Source: a virus. From it: DNA of 64,000 nucleotides. The translations under genes were made by a program, and so were the position numbers. How positions within the stretch are numbered: position 1 is the stretch's first letter; every line of letters begins with the position of its first letter. The notes below the pieces were generated by a model. It was given only the letters and a program-made list of their open reading frames with translations, was not told where the DNA came from and did no database searches. The stretch covers positions 5,585 to 69,584 of the IMG/VR virus record IMGVR_UViG_3300029908_000019. One strand, written 5' to 3'. Below, piece by piece: positions 29,413 to 39,076 of the stretch.

Positions 29413-30166
29413 GATAGGTATTTATCGTATTCTTTGTTTAGTTAATGACAAAGGATATATTGGGCAATCAACTCATTTAAGAAAGAGAAAAGGAGCCCAT
29501 TTTTTAGCCTTAAAGAAGAATATTCATATTAATGGGCATCTTCAAAGAGCTTTTAATAAATATGGTAAAAATAATTTTAAATTTGAAATTTTAGAGGAAT
29601 GCTCTATTGAAAAATTGGACGAAAGAGAGAAGTATTATATTTCTCTGTATGATACTATCAATGAAGATAAAGGTTATAATATTCGTCCTGAAACAACTAC
29701 AAATTTAGGTTTTCATCATTCTGAAGAAACAAAACAAAAAATGAGAGAGCTTTTAACTGGTAGAATAGTTCCTGAAGAAGAAAAGAAAGCTATGAGTGAG
29801 GGTAGAAAGAAATTGTTTGCTAGTGGGTATAAGCCCCCCTATAAACCAATGGGTCCTATTGTTAAAGCAAAATTTGATGCTTTTAGAGAAGCAAGAAAGA
29901 AACCATTAATTGAGAAAATTTGTACTTGCGGATGTGGTGGAACCTTTTTTGTTAAAGTATATAATTCTCAAAGACAATATGTTAATAAAGAGCATTGGCT
30001 TAGAGTATCTGGTGTAGCAAAAGAAGAACGAATATGCTTATGCGGTTGTGGAATAACTTTTATGGCTAGAATAACTTCTAAGAAAAGATTTTTAAATAAG
30101 GAACATGGGTATAAAAGCACTAAGCATAAAAATAATAATGGGAATATAAGGCATTTAAATGTCTAA
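29399..30166 (+). CDS. GIY-YIG homing endonuclease with NUMOD3-like repeats
   Basis: IGIYRI...GYIGQS, KGYNI, HHSEETKQKMRE. Confidence 0.88.
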   Translation: MVMTKIGIYRILCLVNDKGYIGQSTHLRKRKGAHFLALKKNIHINGHLQRAFNKYGKNNFKFEILEECSIEKLDEREKYYISLYDTINEDKGYNIRPETTTNLGFHHSEETKQKMRELLTGRIVPEEEKKAMSEGRKKLFASGYKPPYKPMGPIVKAKFDAFREARKKPLIEKICTCGCGGTFFVKVYNSQRQYVNKEHWLRVSGVAKEERICLCGCGITFMARITSKKRFLNKEHGYKSTKHKNNNGNIRHLNV

Positions 30167-31844
30167 TACATGGAAGACAACAGTTAATGATATTGTGCAG
30201 GTAGATCAATCCACTTTTGATTTTCCAAGAAATACAACATGGCTAAACACAACTTACCAGGACCAGGAGCCGAGTAAGCCCCTTCCTGTAACGTATTCCC
30301 CAGAATCTAATGAAGATAATTTAGATCAAAATTCTCCAGGTGGTTATCCCCGTAGATTTATGGGTAAGCCTAAAGGTGAATGGAGTAGTACAGATGGTGA
30401 GATTATTCCAGCACTTGAGAATATGCTTAAGAATAAAAAGGCTTCTTTAGAATTTCCTTTAGCAGGTAGTGTTGTAGATGGTAGAACTGTTGGACAAGGA
30501 GTTCCAAATCAATCTTCAATTGGAGCTAGTTTGGATGATTACACTATTCTAAAAGGAATTAGAGAAGTTCCTTTTTCAGCATTCACACAGATGCCAGCAC
30601 TATCTTATTATTCTACTGATGAAGAAAAAAGGACAAAAGAACTTGCAGAGCAGATTAAACAGACTGGAGAAATAACACCATTAATTATTGCTGTTGACAA
30701 TCAAGGCCCATATATTTTAGAAGGTGGTCATAGATTTGATGCTCTTAGAGAACTTGGAGCTAATTCATTTCCCGCTATGGTAGTATTGGATAATGAATCT
30801 TTGAATAGAGAAGCAGCTATTAATAGTTTAACAAGGGAGATAACGGCATCAAATCAGGATGGTGGTTGGATAAATCCTAGTGGCAAATATGTTGAAACAA
30901 AGGATCATTTTGGCTATGTATCGGCTCATCCAGAAGTCTTTGGACTTCCGGGAATAGCTGAGATAACAACTAAGTTCGAAAGAGATTCAGCTGCAGTAAG
31001 AGCCTTTGGTCTTATATTAGACAAAGGCTGGATTAGAGTCCGAGTATGGGGTGATGCAATAATGGTTCAGTCAAACACTCTTTCAAATGCTAAAGCTCAC
31101 GCTGAAGAGTTTATTTATAATAATTTGAATGCTACTAAGAGGATTAGAATTGAAACAGATAATGAGCAAGCATATACTTGTACTACAGATGAGTTTAAAC
31201 AAGATGGATGGAATGCATTCTTAAAACAACCAGTAATGGCTAAGCAAGCAGCAACTCTTCCTCCTCAACAATATATTCCAGAGAATCTAAATGCTCAAAC
31301 AGCTATTATGACGGATGATGGGTCTATTTATTGGAGTGATGAGCCTCGCATGATTCATGTTCAATTTATTAGGCAATTAGGTATTCCTGTGGAACGTATT
31401 GTTAGTGGAGGCAGGATTGTAGATGGAGATTATCATGATTTAGGTCCTCGCTCTGATACTATGCGATATGTAGAACAGATGCTTGCTAAGAAGAGAGTTG
31501 AAGAAAGGTATAATTTAAAGAGGCAAGCAGGTTCTCAAAGTGCCTCAGTTCCAGACTATTTATGTGATGAATGGAAGACAGAACAGATTAATAATGACAC
31601 AGATGAAGAGCCTTATGTAAACCATGATCAAAGGGATTATCCATACGGAATGCACGATTCACCCGAAAATACAGATTCGGGCATAGGTTGGAATAAAGAT
31701 GAGACCCGTTCCGTTTGCCTGTTGGATCAGCTTCAAAATCCCTCGGAGAGAAATTTTCCTCCAGGTATGATGGATTACGAAGTTATTAATTATTATAATT
31801 CAGCACCGATGTCTGATGCTTTAGAAGCTACAAACCCAGATTAG
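30159..31844 (+). CDS. Modular K-x-A-punctuated protein with ParB/Srx-like domain
   Basis: LAEQIKQTGEITPLII...ILEGGHRFDAL; KKAS, KQAA and RQAG junctions. Confidence 0.65.
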   Translation: MSNTWKTTVNDIVQVDQSTFDFPRNTTWLNTTYQDQEPSKPLPVTYSPESNEDNLDQNSPGGYPRRFMGKPKGEWSSTDGEIIPALENMLKNKKASLEFPLAGSVVDGRTVGQGVPNQSSIGASLDDYTILKGIREVPFSAFTQMPALSYYSTDEEKRTKELAEQIKQTGEITPLIIAVDNQGPYILEGGHRFDALRELGANSFPAMVVLDNESLNREAAINSLTREITASNQDGGWINPSGKYVETKDHFGYVSAHPEVFGLPGIAEITTKFERDSAAVRAFGLILDKGWIRVRVWGDAIMVQSNTLSNAKAHAEEFIYNNLNATKRIRIETDNEQAYTCTTDEFKQDGWNAFLKQPVMAKQAATLPPQQYIPENLNAQTAIMTDDGSIYWSDEPRMIHVQFIRQLGIPVERIVSGGRIVDGDYHDLGPRSDTMRYVEQMLAKKRVEERYNLKRQAGSQSASVPDYLCDEWKTEQINNDTDEEPYVNHDQRDYPYGMHDSPENTDSGIGWNKDETRSVCLLDQLQNPSERNFPPGMMDYEVINYYNSAPMSDALEATNPD

Positions 31845-31847
31845 CAT

Positions 31848-31913
31848 AGGTAGATAACAATCCTAGTAGATAATAAAAGTATAATAAAAAACAATAGTAT
31901 TAGGAGTCCTACG
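31848..31913 (+). promoter_or_regulatory. Conserved ~60-bp intergenic element, copy 2
   Basis: 60 nt identical to 10062-10121. Confidence 0.6.
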
Positions 31914-31937
31914 CTCCCACTAAAATTTTGCCCAAAA

Positions 31938-33395
31938 ATGCCCTTTAAAAGGAATACTCCCATGACAAATAACAATTTTAATGCTTATATAAATGATCTG
32001 ATTAAAACCGCAGATCTATTAAAAGAGGTGGCACCTAATATGACCCTTAATACTAAGAATGTTAATGTTGATCCAGAAAAAGAAATTGAGTCTAAAATTG
32101 TTGAGGCACTAAATGCAGAATCAGAACATTCTGATACTGTAGTAGCCTCTTTGGATTCTTTTAAACTTACTGATAATGGGAATGATTATCTAGTTTCCCA
32201 TCCAGCATTTCAAGATGCTATTATGGGTAAAGTAGCTAAGCTAGAGTATAGCAAATCTCCAAATAAAGCAGAACTTCTTAAAACAGTTCTATCAGATAGT
32301 ATTGCTCGTACAGCATCATTTAATACCACACTCTCTTTCACTGGTGAATTTAAGGAACCAGTAGTTGAGAAACAAGCAGCTGTTCATGAGCACCAATATC
32401 AAAAAGGTAAATCAGGTTCAGTTGAAGTGTGTCCTTGTGGAAAGTTTAAATTTACTGAAGAGCATCTTGAAAAAAATCCACCAATTACTGAAATAAAAGC
32501 TGAAGAATCTTGGCTTGGTGATTTAGATGAAACTGAAATAGAGATTCCTGCAGATTATCCAGTGCAACCTTTGGATGAAGATCAAGAAGCAGGGGATAGA
32601 GCTACATGTGGAACTTGTGGTCTTAGTTGGGATGATGCAGTGATTACTGGCATGACTCCTGCACCTTCTGCTCGTTGCCCATTTGAGGCATTTCATAATA
32701 GTGATTCTCAACATATTGCAATAAAAGAAAATATGCCACGAGCTTCTATGACAGATCATTTGGCTCAATCTATTCAGGCTGAAGAGCAGGTCATCACTGC
32801 AGCTAATGATAAAGTAAAAGATATGGCAGTGAATGCTTTAGTGAGTATGCTTAAGGCCCAAGGATATGGAACGGCTAAGATTGCTGAAGTATCAATGAGT
32901 GGCAATAAAGTTGACACCATGATTACTCTCGACGATGCAGGAACTATTAAGGCAGTTAGTATTCCAGTTGAGATTAAAGCCAATCAAGTAGTACTACCCA
33001 AGAAGGCATTGGTCGCTGAGCTTATTTCTAAAGGTTTGGATCTGAATGCAAAACTTTCTGAAGAATTTGGTAAGCAAGTTCTTGAACGAATTGCTGCAGC
33101 AGATGAGAAGGCTGAATTTGAAAAGGCTGAAGCAGAATCTATTATAAATGAGAAAGTTGCAAGTTTAGAAAAAGTTGCTGGAGACGAACCGAAGACCCAG
33201 TTCGAGGGAACTAATGAAACCGTTTTTATGAACAAGCACCTCATTCCAAATGGATTAGATCTAGAGACTGGAGACGTTGTACACGTAGATGGAGTTTCAT
33301 ACAAACTAGTTTCTAAGTCTAAAGACCAACTATCTAAGGGCGAAGGGGATGCTTCGACTTGGATCTTTGAAAAAGTTACTCCTGTTGTAAAGTAA
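31938..33395 (+). CDS. K-x-A-punctuated putative virion protein
   Basis: 485 aa; KTAD, RTAS, KQAA and KVAS motifs; lies downstream of the repeated element. Confidence 0.55.
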   Translation: MPFKRNTPMTNNNFNAYINDLIKTADLLKEVAPNMTLNTKNVNVDPEKEIESKIVEALNAESEHSDTVVASLDSFKLTDNGNDYLVSHPAFQDAIMGKVAKLEYSKSPNKAELLKTVLSDSIARTASFNTTLSFTGEFKEPVVEKQAAVHEHQYQKGKSGSVEVCPCGKFKFTEEHLEKNPPITEIKAEESWLGDLDETEIEIPADYPVQPLDEDQEAGDRATCGTCGLSWDDAVITGMTPAPSARCPFEAFHNSDSQHIAIKENMPRASMTDHLAQSIQAEEQVITAANDKVKDMAVNALVSMLKAQGYGTAKIAEVSMSGNKVDTMITLDDAGTIKAVSIPVEIKANQVVLPKKALVAELISKGLDLNAKLSEEFGKQVLERIAAADEKAEFEKAEAESIINEKVASLEKVAGDEPKTQFEGTNETVFMNKHLIPNGLDLETGDVVHVDGVSYKLVSKSKDQLSKGEGDASTWIFEKVTPVVK

Positions 33396-33417
33396 ATAAT
33401 AAAAGAAAAGGACAGGT

Positions 33418-34479
33418 ATGAGTAAAGTATTTTGGAATTCTAAAGATTTGGTTGGAGAAGAATTTAATAGATTATTAATTATAAAATTTTTATATATTAA
33501 AAAGAGTAAAAGATATTGGCTTTGTGAATGCTCTTGTGGTAGTGGCAAAAGAGTTAAAGCTGATACATATACTTTAGTATTAGGAAATATTGCATCGTGT
33601 GGTAAATGCCCTGATAGAAAAGCACATAATTTTGTTGATCTGACTGGAAAAAGTTTTAATAGACTAATTGTGACTAAGTATCTTAAAAGAAATGAATTTG
33701 GTCAATCCTTATGGGAATGCTTGTGTAGTTGTGGAAATAAGAATCCAGTAATTGCTTGTACTCAGTATCTTGTTAGTGGTCATACTAAATCTTGTGGTTG
33801 TTATAAAATTGAAAAATTTATAGATAGATCAACTACCCACGGTCTTTCAAAAATAGATGATTATCATCTTTGGTCTACAATGATACAACGTTGTACTAAT
33901 CCTAATTGTACTGAATATTTTAGATATGGTGGACGAGGTATTACTGTTTGTGAACGTTGGCAGGGAGAAGATGGCTTTATTCATTTCTTTGAGGATATGG
34001 GTCCTAGACCAAGTAGAAAATATTCTATAAATCGTATTGATAATGATTTACTAGTTGATAGTTATTCCAAAGCTAACTGTGAATGGGTAACAAAATCAAC
34101 TCAAACCAGAAATACTAGGGTTTCAGCCAAAACAGAAAATTATGATGAGCATTTAAAATGGAAAGGGTATTATACACAAACTCTTTCTCATTTTTTAGCA
34201 AGTGAAAAAGATAGTCCATTATTTAAAAGATTATTCGGTATTACACTTCCTGAATTTAAAGCATATATTGAATCTTTGTGGCTACCAGATATGACTTGGG
34301 AAAATAGAGGTATAAATAAAAAAGGTGTAAAGGTTTGGCAGCTTGATCATATAGTTGGTTGTAATAATTTTGATTTATCTAAAGAAGAAGATAGAAAGAA
34401 ATGTAATTATTATACAAATTTTCAACCCAAATGGTGGGAAGATCACGCAAAGAAAAGTAAATTTTTAGTTAATGCCTAG
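33418..34479 (+). CDS. HNH-type homing endonuclease, paralog of 15272-16141
   Basis: Two W.C.CSCG repeats, MIQRCTNP, SINRIDND, and a C-terminal WQLDHI...FDLSKEEDRKKC.YYTNFQP. Confidence 0.8.
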   Translation: MSKVFWNSKDLVGEEFNRLLIIKFLYIKKSKRYWLCECSCGSGKRVKADTYTLVLGNIASCGKCPDRKAHNFVDLTGKSFNRLIVTKYLKRNEFGQSLWECLCSCGNKNPVIACTQYLVSGHTKSCGCYKIEKFIDRSTTHGLSKIDDYHLWSTMIQRCTNPNCTEYFRYGGRGITVCERWQGEDGFIHFFEDMGPRPSRKYSINRIDNDLLVDSYSKANCEWVTKSTQTRNTRVSAKTENYDEHLKWKGYYTQTLSHFLASEKDSPLFKRLFGITLPEFKAYIESLWLPDMTWENRGINKKGVKVWQLDHIVGCNNFDLSKEEDRKKCNYYTNFQPKWWEDHAKKSKFLVNA

Positions 34480-34488
34480 GAGATATAC

Positions 34489-37400
34489 ATGAATTTCTTT
34501 AAAGAAGTAATTGCATCTTTATTAAAACAATCAGATGATGGATCTACCCATTCTTCTTTTAAGGTTTGTGATCCAACTGCCGTAGGTTCTTCTCCTGTTA
34601 GGGAATTAGTGTTAGATGTTGTTTCTCTTGGTGATGAATCAAGAAATTCAATTGTTACTCTGGCATGGAAAGATTCTGCCGAAAAGATTTTAGAAAAAAC
34701 AACTTCTTCTGAAGAAGCCAGCCACGAAGCACAACTTTTAGCCACTGACTTAGCACAGCTTGTTAAACTCACCGATGAAAATAAATATGACGAAGCTAAA
34801 GAAGTAATGAAAAATATGCTTAAGACATATAACCAGGATTCTAGTACTCCCGTTGCCACAAATATGCCTGTGCTTAATAACACACAAGCTGAATTAGATA
34901 TTGATGCAAACCTGTGGAAGCAAGCTGCTCAAGTAAAAGTGCAGAATGTTTTCCCAAGTGGAACTATTCAGAATTTAACTTTTGAAAACCAAGAAGACCT
35001 TAATGCATACATGGGAAAACAGAATAAAGCAGAAGGCAATGTTCCACTATGGGAACAAGAGGGTAAGGGAAAGTCACCTGAGTCTAAGGATACCCTCGTT
35101 CCAAGTTCACTTTCCTACGAAGATGTGGAGAAACAGAAAGAGGAAGAACACGAAAGTTTAAAGGATCATATGGATGAGACAATTAAGAAAGAGCTTGAAT
35201 CGGCACTCCAGGAAAAAGCTGCCTCTGTATTTGGTCCAGAGCAAGTTGAACTAGTTAAAGTGCTTAGAAAGAATGGGCGCAATTGGGACGAGATCACCAA
35301 AATGCTAACGAAAGATTTTCATTATGATAAAGACGCTACCACTATATTTGTAGATCAACAGAGACAGGCAGCAGGTGATGAAGGAATAGAGATTAAGAAA
35401 GAAGAGATTGATCCTCTTCGCCCCCCAAAGGACCTTGTGACCGATGAGACTCATGATAAATTACTCGAAGATCTTAAGAAATCCAAAGAGCCAGTAGAAG
35501 AAACTAAAGAAATTGAAAAAGTTGATGAAACCCCTATTGTAGAGGAATCAGCTCTGGATGAGAAATGCCCTTCTTGTGGACATACAAAGCCTGTTAAAGG
35601 TGAATGTCCATCTTGTAAGAGATGCGATTGTGAGCAGGGTCATGTAGAATCATCTAAGAAATCTATTTGCCCTGAATGCGATGGGGAAGGGGATGTCCCA
35701 GCAGTTCGTGGAGGTCGTGTAACAGTTATACCATGCCCTTCTTGTAGTGGAGATAAACATATTGAACATGTTCCTAAAGAGCTAGAATCAGCTATTGAAG
35801 AAATTAGTAGGGCTGATAATTCAGATATTAGAAAGGTTGCTACAGTTATTCCTGCTCCTGTTGCTAAAGAGATCAAGGAAGAAATTGTAAATAGCATGTA
35901 TCGTATGAATGCTCCAGGAGCTAAGTTTTATCGATTTAGTTTAGATGGGGATAAGATTCATCGTGGTGAATTTAATAGTGATGAAGAGTTTGGTCCTTAT
36001 CAGTTTATCTATGATATGGAACAGGGAATTTTTACAGAAAATCCTAATTATAAACCTACTGCCTATGCTTCCTTAAAACGAGCAGCTTCTTACATGAATA
36101 TCTCTGAAACAGATTCTATTGAGAAGACAGCTGCAGATGATCTCAACCCCTTACAAGAGCCAATTCGTGAAGAACCCACTATGGAAACTCCTGAACAGGA
36201 TAAAGTTCCATTTGGTAAAGATCCTTCTCATAGATTGCCAAAGCCAGAAAGTTGGGTTATCGTTGGAGCAGATCTTAAAGGTGAAATGCCAGCATTTCGT
36301 GGTAAATTTGTCAGTGAAGAGACAGAGAGTGATGGCACAAAATGGGGTATTGTAGATAAAGATGGAGAACTATTAAAAGTTGAAATGCACCGTATTACCC
36401 CAGAAACAGAGGGTGCCCAAACTGCTGATCCGATAGCCACTCCTGAGATTGAGAAGCCTCAAGAAGCTGAAGTACCTGTTACACCTTCTCTAGATAGTTT
36501 GCATAGTGCTAGTAGTTTGAAAGAAGAAGCAGCTACACATACTAAATGTATAAAATGTGATAAATCTCTTCCAGTATCCGATATGGTTAGTAATGAACAT
36601 GGTGCTGGTTATTTGTGCAAAGAACATGCTGCTGAATGGAATAAGGATGCTTCCCTTAAGGAATTAAAGAAGGTTGCTGAAAAATGTGAAGTTTGTAGTC
36701 GTCCAATGAACGATAAAAATCCTGATTCTAAAAAAGGAGTTTGTCAAGACTGCAAGGAAGATAAAGAATCTTCCCAAGATGACTTACTCTCTATTAAAGC
36801 TGAAGCAGAACAACTTTTGAAAGATGTAGAAGGTATGAGTAAAACCTCCTATCTATTTATTAAAAAGGGTCTAGAGAAACATGCTAATGATTCAGCCTTT
36901 GAAGGCAATGGATGGTGTAGAGTATGGGTTCAGGAAGATGAAATTGCAGTAGATCCTAAATATCAAGAAGCTTTAAAATTACCAGATGAAGGTGCTCGTA
37001 TTGTTGCATTAAAAGAGATTGCATTAAATTTGGCGCATGAATCACTTAGGCTTGCAGATAGTGCAGGGGCTAAGGTTGGAGTACAATCTTGGTTTGAATC
37101 TTTGCAGCCTTCTGATCATGATAGGATTGATTGGGTTGCTTTGGCTAGTCCTGTAAATGAAGAGGAAGAGGATGCTAAATTTGAACAAGGCATGGCTGAT
37201 AAATATGGTCCAGATGCTGCTATTCCACCACAGGCTAAATCTTCTCTAAAATCCAAGATAGAAAAGAAAGCTGTTAAAGTTGAATTTGTTGAGGAAGAAG
37301 GAACACAAGGCTCTTTAGAGAGTTTAACAAAATTCCTCAACTCTAAGTTTAGAAATCAAGAACAAATGGAGATGCAATTAGAATCCCTAGCTACTGAGTG

Positions 37401-38313
37401 GGCTATGGCTAATGGTTATACTATGAGTTGGGCAGATTCTGAAAGCTCTGATGGTGGAGCACTTCGTTTCACGAAGAATTCTACCCATGTTAGCCCAGAT
37501 TGGAAACCCAAACAAGCTTCCTTAAAATTAAAAGCATCTGATTTTGAAAAAGGAATTTCTCAGAATAAGACTTCTTTCCTTTGTGGGCATTGTGGATTGA
37601 ATAAATCTGAAGATGGGAAAAAACCTTATCTAAATAAGGATGTCTGTAAGGATTGTGCAGCAAAGATTTGGCACAAGGATGATATGGGTAAACTTCCCGA
37701 ACCAGAGAATATACAGAATAAGACAGCAGATGAACCAACAATAGAGCCTAAGACCCAGTTTAAAGATTATAAGATTACACCTAAATATACCCCTAAAGAA
37801 GAAGCTCAACCAGTAAATTTAGAGCTAGATCAGGTTCTAAGTAAAATGGATGCCTTAGAACAGAATCTAGGGGCCTTGGATGGGGCTAAGAAAGAGATTC
37901 AGGCTAAACTCCAGGAGGAAATGAAGAAGATTGATCAAGCTGGAGAAAGAGTTCAAATGGAAGAGGAACTTCAAGCTTCCATTGAGAAAGCTTCAGTCCT
38001 GATCCAAGCAACCTCCTCAAAGGTAGTTCAATGGAGAGATAAACTTCTGACTGTAAAAAATGAAGAAGTCCAGTATGTTCCCAAGCTTACACAAAAAGAA
38101 CTTTTGGAAAAAATCTATGCCAAGTTTGAAAAGGCAGAGGCTTTCGTTACCTCCGTATTAAATGGCATGTTGAGCCAAGCAAAGACAGTGACGGAGAAGA
38201 CGCTTATCCGTTGGCCAAATAAGAAATCCTCTCTTAATAAAGAAGCTTCAGTCATTGATCAATGGAATGATGAACTATTAGCTGCCCTTAAAGAATTATC
38301 TAGCCCTTTATAA
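34489..38313 (+). CDS. Very large K-x-A-punctuated putative internal head protein
   Basis: 1274 aa; KQAA, KVAT, KRAA, KTAA, KHAN, KKAV, KQAS, KTAD and KEAS motifs; several zinc ribbons; C-terminal coiled coil. Confidence 0.6.
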   Translation: MNFFKEVIASLLKQSDDGSTHSSFKVCDPTAVGSSPVRELVLDVVSLGDESRNSIVTLAWKDSAEKILEKTTSSEEASHEAQLLATDLAQLVKLTDENKYDEAKEVMKNMLKTYNQDSSTPVATNMPVLNNTQAELDIDANLWKQAAQVKVQNVFPSGTIQNLTFENQEDLNAYMGKQNKAEGNVPLWEQEGKGKSPESKDTLVPSSLSYEDVEKQKEEEHESLKDHMDETIKKELESALQEKAASVFGPEQVELVKVLRKNGRNWDEITKMLTKDFHYDKDATTIFVDQQRQAAGDEGIEIKKEEIDPLRPPKDLVTDETHDKLLEDLKKSKEPVEETKEIEKVDETPIVEESALDEKCPSCGHTKPVKGECPSCKRCDCEQGHVESSKKSICPECDGEGDVPAVRGGRVTVIPCPSCSGDKHIEHVPKELESAIEEISRADNSDIRKVATVIPAPVAKEIKEEIVNSMYRMNAPGAKFYRFSLDGDKIHRGEFNSDEEFGPYQFIYDMEQGIFTENPNYKPTAYASLKRAASYMNISETDSIEKTAADDLNPLQEPIREEPTMETPEQDKVPFGKDPSHRLPKPESWVIVGADLKGEMPAFRGKFVSEETESDGTKWGIVDKDGELLKVEMHRITPETEGAQTADPIATPEIEKPQEAEVPVTPSLDSLHSASSLKEEAATHTKCIKCDKSLPVSDMVSNEHGAGYLCKEHAAEWNKDASLKELKKVAEKCEVCSRPMNDKNPDSKKGVCQDCKEDKESSQDDLLSIKAEAEQLLKDVEGMSKTSYLFIKKGLEKHANDSAFEGNGWCRVWVQEDEIAVDPKYQEALKLPDEGARIVALKEIALNLAHESLRLADSAGAKVGVQSWFESLQPSDHDRIDWVALASPVNEEEEDAKFEQGMADKYGPDAAIPPQAKSSLKSKIEKKAVKVEFVEEEGTQGSLESLTKFLNSKFRNQEQMEMQLESLATEWAMANGYTMSWADSESSDGGALRFTKNSTHVSPDWKPKQASLKLKASDFEKGISQNKTSFLCGHCGLNKSEDGKKPYLNKDVCKDCAAKIWHKDDMGKLPEPENIQNKTADEPTIEPKTQFKDYKITPKYTPKEEAQPVNLELDQVLSKMDALEQNLGALDGAKKEIQAKLQEEMKKIDQAGERVQMEEELQASIEKASVLIQATSSKVVQWRDKLLTVKNEEVQYVPKLTQKELLEKIYAKFEKAEAFVTSVLNGMLSQAKTVTEKTLIRWPNKKSSLNKEASVIDQWNDELLAALKELSSPL

Positions 38314-38322
38314 GGAATTAAT

Positions 38323-38574
38323 ATGGAATTACTAGCAGATCTAATTACGAATCCGCGCCTGTGGTCCATAATTACCCCCGCAGGATTAGTTACAGCTATC
38401 TTGGGATATGCTCTTTATAAAATGTTTGTTAAGTATGATAGACTCCAGAATCTTCGCATTGAAGACATTAAGAAATTTAATGATGAATACCAAACCTTGA
38501 CAAAAGATGTTAATCAGACTTTAGATACACTTTTGAAAGTTATTGGTAATAGAAATGGGAATGGTGGAAAATAA
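38323..38574 (+). CDS. Single-TM coiled-coil protein (holin-like)
   Basis: N-terminal hydrophobic helix followed by a short coiled coil. Confidence 0.4.
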   Translation: MELLADLITNPRLWSIITPAGLVTAILGYALYKMFVKYDRLQNLRIEDIKKFNDEYQTLTKDVNQTLDTLLKVIGNRNGNGGK

Positions 38575-39076
38575 CATGAGTATTAATAAACAACAAAAGA
38601 TTGATTTTGAGATTAAAAAAATACATACAGAAGTGAAAAGAGCTAGTCATATCCTTAGAAAAAGAATTCAGGATATTCAGACGGAGCTTTCCGAATGGGA
38701 CAATGTGGGTGGCTACGATGAGGACGGAAACAACCTTTTGCAATAATGATAAAGAGCATGAATTTGCTGAAATTTATAGTCTTCTTGTTGGCTCCACTTC
38801 TGAAATTGGGGCTTACTGGAAGATATTTAAATGCTCTTCCTGTGGGGATTTAAGACTGTTAACCAATAAAAAATAAAGACTAAAAAGGATACCATGTTAG
38901 AAATTAAATGTTCTACGTGTGGTCATTTGAAAGTTTTTCATCATAAAGCTAATTCAGAATGTTCCAAAGAAGAGAAGTATGGGTGTCATTTTACAATAAA
39001 GACAGACAAAAAAGAATATATTGAATGTGAGTGCAGGGAATCATACTCAAAAGATTAGTAAAGAGGTAAGAAGAAT

